Assembly (NCBI GenBank): GCA_040771865.1
Contig: JAXGZF010000004.1
Coordinates: forward strand, 1-64,000
DNA: 64,000 nucleotides
Origin: Desulfobacterales bacterium
GTDB lineage: Bacteria; Desulfobacterota; Desulfobacteria; Desulfobacterales; UBA2245
Direction of reading: 5' to 3'
Below, piece after piece: positions 1-11,880 of this stretch. The notes under the pieces were generated by a model, which was given only the letters and a program-made list of their open reading frames with translations, ran no database searches and was not told where the DNA came from. Position 1 is the stretch's first letter, and each line of letters begins with the position of its first letter. The translations under genes were made by a program, and so were the position numbers.

Positions 1-66
1 GTCACATCCTGCATAGTGAAAAGGCGGGTGACACCGCAATTCCTCCTTCCCTGCAATCCATCGCCT

Positions 67-990
67 TTATTCCGGAAGCCTTGCGCGGATCGCGGCCCAT
101 TTTTCCCGGATGATCGTTTCGACCGCCGTCAGGCCCACCTGCTCCATTTTTTCCAATACCTTGCCGCAGTTTTCCTCGATGATTCCCGAGGCGACAAAGA
201 GGCCTCCGGGCGTCAGCACCCGAGGGATGTCGTTTAAAAGCTTGATGATTACCTCGGAGAGAATGTTGGCCGTGACCAGGTCAAAGGTTCCGGTCACGCC
301 GTTGATCAGATTGCCCTGAACCACCTCAAAGGTTCCGGGATCGATTTGATTGAGCAGCAGGTTCTTCCGGGCCGTCTCGACGGCCACCTCGTCGTTGTCC
401 ACGCCGAGCATATGCCCTGCGCCAAGTCTGGCCGCGATGATCATGAGAATTCCGGACCCGGTGCCCACGTCCAGCATCCGGTCGCCGGGCTTCAGACAGG
501 TTTCGATCATCCGGGCGCACAGGGCCGTGGTCGGATGCGTTCCGGTTCCAAACGCCATTCCGGGATCGATTTCGATTACAATCTGTCCGTTTTTCGGGGC
601 ATACTCGCGCCAGGTGGGCTTGACCACCAGGCGGGAGGTGATCTCCTGAGGCCAGAAATAAGCCTTCCAGGATTCGGCCCAGTCCTGCTCGTCGATTTTC
701 CGGCACACCATCCGGCACACAATGCCCGTTCGCTCCCGAAGCCGCTCAAGCCCCTGCTCCAGTTCGCGGTACTGGCCTCTTCCCTGGCCGTTTTCCGGGA
801 AATACCCGGTCACCGCGTGATATTCGGGAAGCTTTTCGGCATCCTCGCCCCAGTCCAGCGTCGGTTCGACTTCCGGAGACTCCACCACCACGCCCTGAAG
901 TCCGGCTTCGTAAAACGCATCGGCAATCAGATCCGAGGCAAGTTGGCTGTCCTCGTGTTCGAAAATGACCCTGGTTTCCATCCACCGCAT
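67..990 (-). CDS. prmA: Ribosomal protein L11 methyltransferase
   Basis: Motifs WAESWKAYF, IDPGMAFGTGTHPTT, SAM-binding LDVGTGSGIL and ANILSE. Start taken at MRWMET (990); the ORF extends to 1023 and overlaps the upstream gene. Confidence 0.95.
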   Translation of the reverse strand: MRWMETRVIFEHEDSQLASDLIADAFYEAGLQGVVVESPEVEPTLDWGEDAEKLPEYHAVTGYFPENGQGRGQYRELEQGLERLRERTGIVCRMVCRKIDEQDWAESWKAYFWPQEITSRLVVKPTWREYAPKNGQIVIEIDPGMAFGTGTHPTTALCARMIETCLKPGDRMLDVGTGSGILMIIAARLGAGHMLGVDNDEVAVETARKNLLLNQIDPGTFEVVQGNLINGVTGTFDLVTANILSEVIIKLLNDIPRVLTPGGLFVASGIIEENCGKVLEKMEQVGLTAVETIIREKWAAIRARLPE

Positions 991-1000
991 CGGGATCGCC

Positions 1001-2353
1001 TTATTTTTTGAATGGTTTGACATGCCGCGGGCTGAAGGCCCATTTCTCCCTGGGCGGGTTGAAATACCCGTGCATGATTTCCGGAAAGCGCCGGCGGACC
1101 TGTTCGACCGCCTGACGCATGCCGACAGGAGGGCCGTTTTGAGCCGCCTGATTCATGGCCTTCCAGTATAGGAGCGGATCATAGTTGAGATTTCGCCACT
1201 GAATCTGGGAAACCCGGTGTGTTTCGAGAAAATTCGTCAGGGCCGAGACCTCCTCGGGCGAGTCGGTAAATCCCGGAAGATTCAGATAGTTGATCGAAAC
1301 AAATTTTCCCATTTCAAGGGCCGCGTCGATGGAGCGGACCACATCGGCAAATTCATAGCTTACGGGCCGGAAATAGGCCGCATAACAATCCGGCCGCACG
1401 CTGTTCATGCTCACCCGCACGCTGTCGAGACCTGCTGAAAACAGCCGTTTGAGCACATCGGGCATGGAGCCGTTGGTGTTCATGTTGATGGTACCCAGGC
1501 CGGTTACGGCGCGGATCATTTCAATGGCCGGCTGGATCACGTGGGCGGCCAGAAGCGGGTCCCCCTCGCATCCCTGGCCGAAGCTGACCACGGAATTCTT
1601 GACCTTTTCAATGTGTGTCAGGGCGACCTGGGCGATTTCCTCGGGATCGGGGGTGAAATCAATCCGGTTCTGGCTGCAGGCGATGCCGCTGTCCTGCTGC
1701 AGGGAAATGCAGCCCAGACACCGGGCGTTGCAGGCCCGAGACGTGGGAAGCGGGGCTTCGTAGCGCCTGAGGAAGAAATTTTTCCCCGCCGGGCATCCGT
1801 ATTCCAGCGCGCATCTTTCCAGGTGGCGCCGCAGCCGGTTTTCGGGCATTATTTTTCGCATCCGCTCCACGCCGGCCACGACATCGGCCCGTTTCATCAG
1901 GCGAAGATCCTGCCGGGGTTCGGAATCGATCTGAAAGACGGCCGACCGGAACCGATTTTTCTGCCACCCGACGGCCCCGTAGGAAAACAGGGGAAGATGG
2001 GAGGCGCTGCTTTGCTCCTTATAGGCGCTGACCCTGGAAATCACATATCCCGGAGAATTGAAGGCCGCCACCGGATAAATCAGGCTTCCGGGTTCATAGG
2101 GATTCTCGCGAAGGGTTTCGAGCTTTTTCCGGGCCAGATTGAACAGTACGGGCATGCGGTCCGGAAGATACATCAGCTCGGCGCCAAAGGGCAGGTTCAC
2201 CGTATCCTCCGGCGTCAGCATTCGAAGATCCGATCCCGCCATGCCCACGGCCGCATATCCGTCCAGATCGAAAATCCGGCCGTCCGCATCGGCCACCACG
2301 GCGGTGATCCATTTATTCCTGGCCTGTCCGGAGTTTTTCAGCGCTTTTTGCAT
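1001..2353 (-). CDS. Radical SAM protein of unknown function
   Basis: CxxxCxxC motif (CNARCLGC), SFGQGCEGDPL and MNTNGS; about 200-aa N-terminal extension. Confidence 0.85.
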   Translation of the reverse strand: MQKALKNSGQARNKWITAVVADADGRIFDLDGYAAVGMAGSDLRMLTPEDTVNLPFGAELMYLPDRMPVLFNLARKKLETLRENPYEPGSLIYPVAAFNSPGYVISRVSAYKEQSSASHLPLFSYGAVGWQKNRFRSAVFQIDSEPRQDLRLMKRADVVAGVERMRKIMPENRLRRHLERCALEYGCPAGKNFFLRRYEAPLPTSRACNARCLGCISLQQDSGIACSQNRIDFTPDPEEIAQVALTHIEKVKNSVVSFGQGCEGDPLLAAHVIQPAIEMIRAVTGLGTINMNTNGSMPDVLKRLFSAGLDSVRVSMNSVRPDCYAAYFRPVSYEFADVVRSIDAALEMGKFVSINYLNLPGFTDSPEEVSALTNFLETHRVSQIQWRNLNYDPLLYWKAMNQAAQNGPPVGMRQAVEQVRRRFPEIMHGYFNPPREKWAFSPRHVKPFKK

Positions 2354-2641
2354 GTCTCTTTCAGATTTGCTTTGTTTTGAATCCTTCTTCTTAAAAAAAT
2401 CCTCGTCCTTTTACAAGACCCGTCCGGTTTTTTAAGCGATCGGCGCAAAGACTTTAACAAGCAGCTTTCCGTGCTTCTCGGTGAATCCATGAGTTTCACG
2501 CCGCGCGTCCTGCGGGACGACTGGATTCTTGCCGTTCATCGGCCATGCAAAAAAGATGATGAAAAATCTGATGGGAAGCCGAAAGACGACACGCGGCGCC
2601 TGAATTATGAATTCAATTATCGCATTAACGAGGAAGTTTGT

Positions 2642-3732
<1,091 letters not shown>

Positions 3733-3906
3733 CTATTTATTCAGCTTTATTCAGCCTTTATAACAGGCCGCGGCGAAGATCAAGAAAAGAAAGCTCAAAG
3801 CTTAAAGCGCGGCCGGCACTGACATTGCTCTTGATTTTCCGGAATTCGAAAACTAAGATGCCGAAACAGTTATGGTTCCATGTCAGCATCCATTCCGGGA
3901 GAGGCG

Positions 3907-4898
<992 letters not shown>

Positions 4899-4938
4899 AA
4901 GCCGGCTGAAACGAATTTTAATTTTAGTCAGGAATGTT

Positions 4939-5436
4939 ATGAACGAATTTACCCATATCGACGATCAGGGCCGGGTGCGCATGGTCGACGTGTCCGGAAA
5001 AACCGCCACGCTTCGGCAGGCGACGGCCGAAGCCTTTGTATCCATGAGTCCGGATACCTTTGAGATGATCCGCACCGGCGGCGTTAAAAAGGGAAACGTG
5101 CTGGAAACCTCGCGGATCGCCGGAATCATGGGCGCCAAAAAAACCGCCGAGCTGATTCCCATGTGTCACCCTTTGAACATCACCCACGTTCAGGTGGATT
5201 TTTTCCCGGACGAGAAAACCCGCTGCATTCGAATCGTTGCCAGCGCGCGCCTCACCGGTCAGACCGGGGTTGAAATGGAGGCCCTGACCGCGGTTTCCGT
5301 GGCGGCCCTGACCATCTACGACATGTGCAAGTCCTATGACAGGGCCATGACGATATCCAACATCCGTCTGGTGGAAAAATCCGGCGGAAAAAGCGGACAT
5401 TTTGTCCGGAAGGCAGACGATGCGTCTTCGGACTGA
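4939..5436 (+). CDS. moaC: Cyclic pyranopterin monophosphate synthase
   Basis: RMVDVSGK, AKKTAELIPMCHPL, TGVEMEALT, TIYDMCKS and KSGGKSG motifs. Confidence 0.97.
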   Translation: MNEFTHIDDQGRVRMVDVSGKTATLRQATAEAFVSMSPDTFEMIRTGGVKKGNVLETSRIAGIMGAKKTAELIPMCHPLNITHVQVDFFPDEKTRCIRIVASARLTGQTGVEMEALTAVSVAALTIYDMCKSYDRAMTISNIRLVEKSGGKSGHFVRKADDASSD

Positions 5437-6634
5437 TCCGTTTTGGACCGGCCTGTTCCTGGCTGCGGTCCTTTTCTTTTGCGGATGCGCGCCTTCGGCG
5501 ATTCCGCCTGTCGAAGCGCCGGCCCTGGTGAAAATTTCACAGAGCCGGTTTCCGGATTTTACCGACGACATGGATCTTGACGGCCTTTCCTCTGCCATCG
5601 GCCAGAGCCTGGGTTATTATAAAAAACTGCCCGAAGACCGCGTGCTTCATTTCGGAAAGGACGAATACCGTGTTTCGGAGCTGATCCGGTCCCTGGAGTT
5701 TTTTCGGGATTTCATCGAAAATAGACCCGATGCCCGGTCCCTCAGAGAGTTTATCGCCGCAAATTTCCGGGTGTATCGCTGCGCGGGAAATAACGGCGCC
5801 GGCCGGGTGCTTTACACCGGCTATTATGAGCCGGTTCTGGAAGGCAGCCTGCATGCGAGCGAAAAATTTTCCTGCCCGGTGCTTTCCCTGCCCGACGATC
5901 TGATCACGGCGGACCTTTCGCTTTTCTCCGACGAGCTCAAGGGCAAGAAAATTACCGGCAGGATTGAGCAGAACCGCCTGGTCCCCTATCCGGATCGAAG
6001 GGAAATCGAAGCCGGAGCGATCCGCGAAAATGTAAAGCCCCTTGCCTGGGTTCAGGATCCCGTAGATCTTTTCTTTCTTCAGATTCAGGGATCGGGAAAG
6101 ATCAATCTGGCCGAGGGCGGCCGGATGAACGTCCACTACCATGCGTCCAACGGCCGGCCCTACCGAAGCATCGGAAAGCATCTGATCGAAACCGGAAAGA
6201 TCGACAGCAAAGAGATGTCCATGCAGCGCATCCGCTCGTATCTGAACGAACATCCCGAGGAGGTTGCCGAGATTCTGAATCAAAATCCCAGTTACGTGTT
6301 TTTTCAAACCGAGGATCAGGGTCCCCTGGGCTGTTTCGGCTTTCCTCTGACGCCGGGGCGCACCATCGCCCTGGACCGCCGGATTTTTCCGCCGGCAGCT
6401 CTGGTCTACATCACCGCCCAAAAGCCCATGGTTGACGAGGAAGGAAACATTCAATCCTGGACGGAATTTGGAAGGTTTGCGCTGAATCAGGACACGGGCG
6501 GCGCCATCCGTGGCCCGGCCCGCGCCGACATCTTCTGGGGCAACGGACCTTACGCCCGAATCGCCGCAGGCCACATGCAGCACTACGGAACGCTTTGTTT
6601 TCTGATTCTCAAGCCGGACTCCCCCAAACCCTAG
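5420..6634 (+). CDS. mltA: Membrane-bound lytic murein transglycosylase A (lipoprotein)
   Basis: Lipobox-like FCGC; TGYYEP, FFLQIQGSG, NPSYVFF, QDTGGAIRG and DIFWG motifs. Confidence 0.93.
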   Translation: MRLRTDPFWTGLFLAAVLFFCGCAPSAIPPVEAPALVKISQSRFPDFTDDMDLDGLSSAIGQSLGYYKKLPEDRVLHFGKDEYRVSELIRSLEFFRDFIENRPDARSLREFIAANFRVYRCAGNNGAGRVLYTGYYEPVLEGSLHASEKFSCPVLSLPDDLITADLSLFSDELKGKKITGRIEQNRLVPYPDRREIEAGAIRENVKPLAWVQDPVDLFFLQIQGSGKINLAEGGRMNVHYHASNGRPYRSIGKHLIETGKIDSKEMSMQRIRSYLNEHPEEVAEILNQNPSYVFFQTEDQGPLGCFGFPLTPGRTIALDRRIFPPAALVYITAQKPMVDEEGNIQSWTEFGRFALNQDTGGAIRGPARADIFWGNGPYARIAAGHMQHYGTLCFLILKPDSPKP

Positions 6635-6744
6635 CGGGTTTGATAGACCGGACGCCATGCTGCGCAAGCGTTCAACCGGAACAACCCATTGCCCATGAAG
6701 TCAATCTATATATACGATCCTGCCGGAACATGGTTATTTTTCCC

Positions 6745-6774
6745 TTGACTTTTCAGCGGTGCATCCGCTATAGA
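6745..6774 (+). promoter_or_regulatory. Candidate sigma70 promoter of the leader/ABC operon
   Basis: TTGACT (6745-6750), 18-nt spacer, TATAGA (6769-6774). The palindrome AGCGG-TGCAT-CCGCT (6755-6769) overlaps the spacer. Confidence 0.45.
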
Positions 6775-6806
6775 AATATCATTCATTGTTTAAATCGGGA
6801 AAAATT

Positions 6807-6884
6807 ATGATGTATTTTCGGCGATATTGCTTTTTTAGCTATTTTGGGGGCTTTTTTCGAAAGGCTACCCGTGGAGGCGTCTAG
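6807..6884 (+). CDS. Putative Phe/Tyr-rich leader peptide MMYFRRYCFFSYFGGFFRKATRGGV (25 aa)
   Basis: Translated by hand: 6 Phe and 3 Tyr in the first 17 codons. Preceded by GGGA; followed by alternative hairpins and a terminator. Confidence 0.6.
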   Translation: MMYFRRYCFFSYFGGFFRKATRGGV

Positions 6885-6960
6885 GCAATAATCGCTGAAA
6901 TTTAAAAGACAACAACCATGGGTAGCCGATCAAACGGCGAAATCCATGGTTTTCAGTTTT

Positions 6961-6995
6961 AAGGGCCGCGGGTTTCGAACCTGCGGCCCTTTTTT
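6961..6995 (+). terminator. Intrinsic terminator (attenuator) in the ABC operon leader
   Basis: AAGGGCCGCGGGTT-TCG-AACCTGCGGCCCTT followed by a T run, about 65 nt before the substrate-binding gene start. Confidence 0.8.
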
Positions 6996-7059
6996 ACGGA
7001 TCATGCTACCTAAAGAGAGTACCGCAACCCTTAAAACACAAATCATCGGAGGAAACCAC

Positions 7060-8223
7060 ATGAGAACTTGGCCGACCATCATGAACCGGATCTTGAAACC
7101 GGCCCTTGCAGGCTTAATCTGCCTGATCGGATTCACACCGCTTGCCATCGGCGCCGATACCTATAAGATCGGCGGCCTTTTTTCGGTCACCGGCCGCGGG
7201 TCCTTTCTGGGAGACCCTGAAAAGAAAAGCATGGAAATGGCTGTTGATGCGATCAATCAGGCCGGAGGAATTGACGGAAAACTGCTTGAACCCGTGATTT
7301 ACGATACCGAAGGCGATCCCCAGAAGGCCGTCAGCGGCATCAACCGTCTGATCAACAAGGATGGTGTCATTGCGATCATCGGGCCGAGCAACACGCCGCC
7401 TTCCCTTGCGGTCAAGAGCTTTGCCGAGCGCGCCAATATTCCGCTGATCAGCTGCGCTGCGGGCATTGCCATAACAAAGCCGGTTACGCCTTGGACATTT
7501 AAGACCGCCCAAAGCGATGCTCAGGCGGTGGCGGCTGTCTACGCACACATGAATCGGAATAAAATTAAAACCATCGGAATTTTGACAGTGGCGGACTCTT
7601 TTGGGGAGAGCGGAAAGCAGCAGCTGCTGTCCCAGGCCGGTGATTTCGGGATCCAGGTGGTCTGTGAGGAGAGCTTCGGCGCCAAAGATACCGACATGAC
7701 CGCCCAGTTGACGAAGATCCGCAAGGAAAATCCCAACGCCATCGTATGCTGGGGAACCAATCCCGGCCCGGCCGTGGTGGCGAAGAATGTTCAACAGCTG
7801 GGAATTTCCATCCCGCTGTACCAGAGTCACGGGGTAGCCTCTCCGAACTTTATCAAACTGGCCGGCGATGCTTCCGAAGGCATTTATCTGCCTACCGGCA
7901 AGATTCTGGTAGCCGGACTTCTGCCGGAAACAGACTCCCAGAAGCCCGTTCTGCTGAATTATATTCAGGAATATGAGACTCGGTACCAGCAACCGGTGTC
8001 TGGGTTCGGCGGTTATGCCTATGATGCGGTTCAGATGCTGGCAAAGGCCCTTAAGGGCAGCGAAGGAGACAGAAATAAGATCCGTCTGGCTCTGGAAAAT
8101 CTCACCGGCCATGTCGGTATCAGCGGTGTGTTTAACATGTCGGGAAAAGAGCACAATGGGTTGACTCCGGAAGCGTTTGTCATGGTCCGGATTCAAAACG
8201 GAACATGGGCGCTGGAACCGTAA
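7060..8223 (+). CDS. Liv-type (type 1 PBP) ABC substrate-binding protein
   Basis: GGAGG RBS and signal peptide; KIGGLFSVTG, INQAGGIDGK, YDTEGDP, AIIGP and YAYDAV motifs. Confidence 0.92.
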   Translation: MRTWPTIMNRILKPALAGLICLIGFTPLAIGADTYKIGGLFSVTGRGSFLGDPEKKSMEMAVDAINQAGGIDGKLLEPVIYDTEGDPQKAVSGINRLINKDGVIAIIGPSNTPPSLAVKSFAERANIPLISCAAGIAITKPVTPWTFKTAQSDAQAVAAVYAHMNRNKIKTIGILTVADSFGESGKQQLLSQAGDFGIQVVCEESFGAKDTDMTAQLTKIRKENPNAIVCWGTNPGPAVVAKNVQQLGISIPLYQSHGVASPNFIKLAGDASEGIYLPTGKILVAGLLPETDSQKPVLLNYIQEYETRYQQPVSGFGGYAYDAVQMLAKALKGSEGDRNKIRLALENLTGHVGISGVFNMSGKEHNGLTPEAFVMVRIQNGTWALEP

Positions 8224-8248
8224 CCCAGGCGCACCAGGGCAGAGCATC

Positions 8249-9124
8249 ATGCAGGAATTGCTTCAATATATCTTTTCAGGTCTGACCAACGGCGCGATTT
8301 ACGCGGTGATCGCTCTGGGTTTTTCGATACTGTACGGCGCTACAAGACTGATCAACTTCGCCCACGGCGAATTCGTCATGCTGGGCGGACTGGGGCTGAT
8401 CACCTTGTGGCAGGACCTGAAAATTCCGCTGGCGATCGCGTTTTTTCTGGCTATCATCGGTGTTGCCCTGATCGGGTTTTTGTTCGAAAGGCTGGCCATT
8501 CGGACGGTTTCTCGGCCCAACCCCATCGTTCTGATTATCATCACGGTAGGGGCCTCTATTTTTCTCAGAGGTGTCGGCATGATGTTCTGGGGAAAAGACG
8601 CGCACAGCGCGCCGGATTTTTTCAGTTTTGCGCCCATCGACGTGATGGGTGCAAAACTGCTTGCCCAGAGCATCTGGATTCTGGTCGTTGTGGTTGCACT
8701 GACGTTTGCATTGCATGCGTTTTTCAAAAAGACACTCATCGGGAAAGCCATGACCGCGGCTTCGATCAGCAAAAAAGCAGCCTGGCTGACCGGGATCCCC
8801 TATGAATTGATGATTCTTATGGCTTTTGTGCTGAGTACCGCGACCGGGGCGGTGGCCGGCGTCATCATTACGCCAATCACGATGTGCAGCTATGACATGG
8901 GAACACTTCTGGGACTCAAAGGATTTTGTTCGGCCATGCTCGGCGGTCTGGGCAGCCTGTGGGGGGCTCTGGCCGGCGGTATTGTTCTGGGAGTACTCGA
9001 GTCTCTGGGCGCTGGTTTCCTGTCCTCGGGATACAAGGACGCCATCGCTTTTGCACTCCTGCTGGCCATACTCTACTTAAGGCCGTCCGGAATTTTCGGC
9101 GCAAAAGACTTGCACCGGTTTTAA
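8249..9124 (+). CDS. LivH-like ABC permease
   Basis: GLTNGAIYAVIALGF, INFAHGEF, LGGLGS and LRPSGIFG motifs. Confidence 0.92.
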   Translation: MQELLQYIFSGLTNGAIYAVIALGFSILYGATRLINFAHGEFVMLGGLGLITLWQDLKIPLAIAFFLAIIGVALIGFLFERLAIRTVSRPNPIVLIIITVGASIFLRGVGMMFWGKDAHSAPDFFSFAPIDVMGAKLLAQSIWILVVVVALTFALHAFFKKTLIGKAMTAASISKKAAWLTGIPYELMILMAFVLSTATGAVAGVIITPITMCSYDMGTLLGLKGFCSAMLGGLGSLWGALAGGIVLGVLESLGAGFLSSGYKDAIAFALLLAILYLRPSGIFGAKDLHRF

Positions 9125-9162
9125 ATAAAGGATGGTTTAAGGAATTATTTCGGAAAAAGATC

Positions 9163-10113
9163 ATGACCCAATCCTCTCTTCATGAAACACTTCGAATCGG
9201 ATCGCTGACAGGAGCTGTCGCAGCTGCCGGCATGCTGTTCGACAACCCCTATCATTTTCAGGTGATGGTCTTTATCGGCATTAATACGATACTGGCCCTA
9301 GGGTTGAACCTGCTCATGGGCTACACCGGTCAGATTTCTCTGGGGCATGCTGCGTTCTACGGCATCGGCGCTTATACTTCCGCCGTTCTGACCGTGCATT
9401 TCCAGTTTTCTCCCTGGCTGGCTCTGGTTCCAAGCCTCGGCCTTTCGGTGCTGGTGGCCCTGGTCGTGGGAATTCCGACCCTAAAGCTTTCCGGGTATTA
9501 CCTGGCCATGGGCACTCTGGGATTCGGCATGATCGTTTTTATCGTTTTCCGGGAACTGGACGGCTGGACGGGCGGTTCATCGGGGCTGGCGGGGATTCCC
9601 CCTCTGAAAATCGGGCCGGTTGATTTTACGTCCGGACGCAACTTCTTTTATCTGGTCTGGGGCCTGGTTCTGGGCACTCTGGTCGTGAGCCGTCGGCTGA
9701 TCGAATCCCGTGTCGGACGCGCGTTGCGGTCGATTCACGGAAGCGAGCACGCCGCCATGGCAATCGGCGTCAATACTCAGGCCTATAAATTGCAGGTTTT
9801 TGTATTCAGCGCCTTTCTGGCAGCCCTGGCCGGATTTCTCTACGCACATTTTATCGGATTCATCAGTCCCGGATCCTTTGATTTCATGACTTCGGTGCGC
9901 CTGGTGACCATGGTGGTCATCGGAGGGATGGCCAGTATATGGGGAGCGCTTCTGGGCGCCTCGTTGCTGACGCTGCTTCCCGAGTGGCTGCATGCGTTTG
10001 CAGACTACGAGATGATCGTATATGGCCTGATATTGATGCTGGTCATGATATTTCTGCCCCAGGGTTTAACCCGGGGACTGCTGGACATTTATGAAAGATC
10101 CCGAAATGCATGA
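9163..10113 (+). CDS. LivM-like ABC permease
   Basis: GLNLLMGYTGQISLGHAAFYGIGAY, SRVGRALRSI, VVIGG and LPQGL motifs. Confidence 0.92.
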   Translation: MTQSSLHETLRIGSLTGAVAAAGMLFDNPYHFQVMVFIGINTILALGLNLLMGYTGQISLGHAAFYGIGAYTSAVLTVHFQFSPWLALVPSLGLSVLVALVVGIPTLKLSGYYLAMGTLGFGMIVFIVFRELDGWTGGSSGLAGIPPLKIGPVDFTSGRNFFYLVWGLVLGTLVVSRRLIESRVGRALRSIHGSEHAAMAIGVNTQAYKLQVFVFSAFLAALAGFLYAHFIGFISPGSFDFMTSVRLVTMVVIGGMASIWGALLGASLLTLLPEWLHAFADYEMIVYGLILMLVMIFLPQGLTRGLLDIYERSRNA

Positions 10114-10906
10114 CCGTGACGGGGAAGATGGCGTAGTGCCAATTCTGAGAATATGTGGCGCTTCAAAGGCGTTTGGCGGCGTTCAGGCCCTGCAGGACGT
10201 GTCGCTTGAGGTGTCGCAGGGAATGATTCTGGGTATGATCGGGCCCAACGGCGCCGGGAAAACCACCCTGTTCAACCTGATTTCGGGATTGTATCCGCCG
10301 GATGGGGGCAGGATTTTTTTCAATCAAGAAGAGATTCAACGGCTACCGACCCATCAGCGGGTGCGTATGGGAATTGCCCGGACCTTTCAGAACCTGGCGC
10401 TGTTTGAAAACATGAATGTTCTGGAAAACGTCATGGTCGGTCAGCATGTCAGAACCCGATGCGGATTCTGGGGAGCGATCGTTCGAACCCCGGGAGTGCG
10501 ACGGGAAGAGGCCGCCTGCCGGGAAAACGCCCTGGCCCTTTTGGACATGGTCGGCCTGGCGGATCAGGCCGTGAAGCCCAGCGCGGATCTCCCCTTCGGC
10601 TGGCAGCGTCTGCTGGAAATTGCCCGGGCACTGGCGTCCCGGCCCCGAGTGCTGCTGCTCGACGAGCCGGCATCCGGGCTCAACGCCCTGGAAACCGGGC
10701 GTCTGGGCGATTTGATTCTGGCTATTCGAAATCAGGGAATCACCATCGTGCTGGTGGAACACGACATGAGTCTGACCATGTCGGTTTCGGACCGGATCAT
10801 CGTTCTGGACCGGGGCCGGGTTCTGGCTTCCGGAACGCCGGAAGAAATTCAAACCCACAGCGCGGTAAGAACGGCGTATCTGGGCGAGCACTGCGAACAG
10901 AGATAA
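10106..10906 (+). CDS. LivG-like ABC ATP-binding protein
   Basis: Walker A GPNGAGKTT, GIARTFQN, LLLDEPASG and VEHDM. Start uncertain (10091 or 10106). Confidence 0.92.
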   Translation: MHDRDGEDGVVPILRICGASKAFGGVQALQDVSLEVSQGMILGMIGPNGAGKTTLFNLISGLYPPDGGRIFFNQEEIQRLPTHQRVRMGIARTFQNLALFENMNVLENVMVGQHVRTRCGFWGAIVRTPGVRREEAACRENALALLDMVGLADQAVKPSADLPFGWQRLLEIARALASRPRVLLLDEPASGLNALETGRLGDLILAIRNQGITIVLVEHDMSLTMSVSDRIIVLDRGRVLASGTPEEIQTHSAVRTAYLGEHCEQR

Positions 10907-10935
10907 CAAACTTGAATGAAAACAAGGAAACCATT

Positions 10936-11706
10936 ATGCTGCACATTACGGATTTGAAATGCTATTATGGCCGCATTCAGGCGGTAAAAGGCATTACCCT
11001 GTCGGTCGGTCCCGGAGAGGTGGTCAGCCTGATCGGCGCAAACGGGTCGGGCAAAAGCACCGTGCTGCAGGCCATCTGCGGTCTGCTTCAGCGATGGGAA
11101 GGGACCATTTTGTTTCAGGGATCTTCCGTAAAAGGGCTCAATCCGCCTGAAATCGTCCGCCGGGGCATCAGCCTGGTGCCCGAAGGCCGCATGATTTTTG
11201 CGCCGCTGAGCGTTCTGGACAATCTCAAGCTCGGCGCCTACTGCCGCAGCCGGAAAAACCAGAAATCCAATTTCGAAGAGGATCTGGAAAAAGCGCTGAC
11301 GCTTTTTCCCGTCCTTCGAGAGCGCATAAACCAGGCCGCCGGAACGCTTTCCGGCGGAGAACAGCAGATGCTGGCCGTCTCCAGGGCGCTGATGGCTCGC
11401 CCCAGCATGCTCTTGCTCGATGAGCCCTGCATGGGTCTTGCGCCGATGATGGTGAATAAGATTCTTGACACGATCGCCTTGCTGAAAAGCCGGGGAATGA
11501 CCATCCTTCTGGTCGAGCAGAATGCCCGCGCGGCTTTGCAGATCGCGGATCGCGGATATGTGCTTGAAACCGGAAAGGTGGTTCACGAAGGAAGGGCCGC
11601 GGACCTTCTGGCCGATCCGGCGATTACCAACGCCTATCTGGGCATTGCCGCAACTCCAAAAATGAAGCCTGAAACGGCCGCTGCATCGCTGGGTCTGACT
11701 TTCTGA
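10936..11706 (+). CDS. LivF-like ABC ATP-binding protein
   Basis: GANGSGKST, VPEGR, LSGGEQQMLA, LLDEP and VEQN motifs; 20-aa extension after AYLG. Confidence 0.92.
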   Translation: MLHITDLKCYYGRIQAVKGITLSVGPGEVVSLIGANGSGKSTVLQAICGLLQRWEGTILFQGSSVKGLNPPEIVRRGISLVPEGRMIFAPLSVLDNLKLGAYCRSRKNQKSNFEEDLEKALTLFPVLRERINQAAGTLSGGEQQMLAVSRALMARPSMLLLDEPCMGLAPMMVNKILDTIALLKSRGMTILLVEQNARAALQIADRGYVLETGKVVHEGRAADLLADPAITNAYLGIAATPKMKPETAAASLGLTF

Positions 11707-11880
11707 ATATCTTCAACGGACCGGACTTTTTTGACGGGGGTACGGATTTTTTCCAGAACTTCTTTTGCGGTTTTCCCGTCTATTGTTTCAATAGCGCCCT
11801 TTCTCCACGGCGCCCCTTCCTTTTTTCCGCGGCAGGAAACCAAGGCACCTGAAAAAACATAAAGGTACAGGCAAAATTCC
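11700..11880 (-). pseudogene. Diverged, probably degenerate paralog of the small lipoprotein at 56401-56640
   Basis: FSGALVSC...KGAIE...AKEVLEKIRTPVKKVRSVEDIQK aligns with FSGVFVSC...KGAIE...AKEAVEKIRTPINKARSVEDIQK. No matching start codon; the frame runs antisense into livF. Confidence 0.6.

Noticed and set aside
3790..3810. Three AAAGC-containing heptamer repeats
   Set aside because: Short, degenerate and low complexity; no spacers, so not CRISPR.
6700..6720. ModE-box-like TATATACGAT near the Moco genes
   Set aside because: Only a half-site, and it lies downstream of mltA rather than upstream of the moa genes.
6860..6995. Known riboswitch, T-box or 6S RNA upstream of the ABC operon
   Set aside because: No T-box, SAM, glycine, lysine, c-di-GMP, Moco or ykkC consensus recognised by eye. 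A leader-peptide model fits better; cmscan is needed to exclude these formally.
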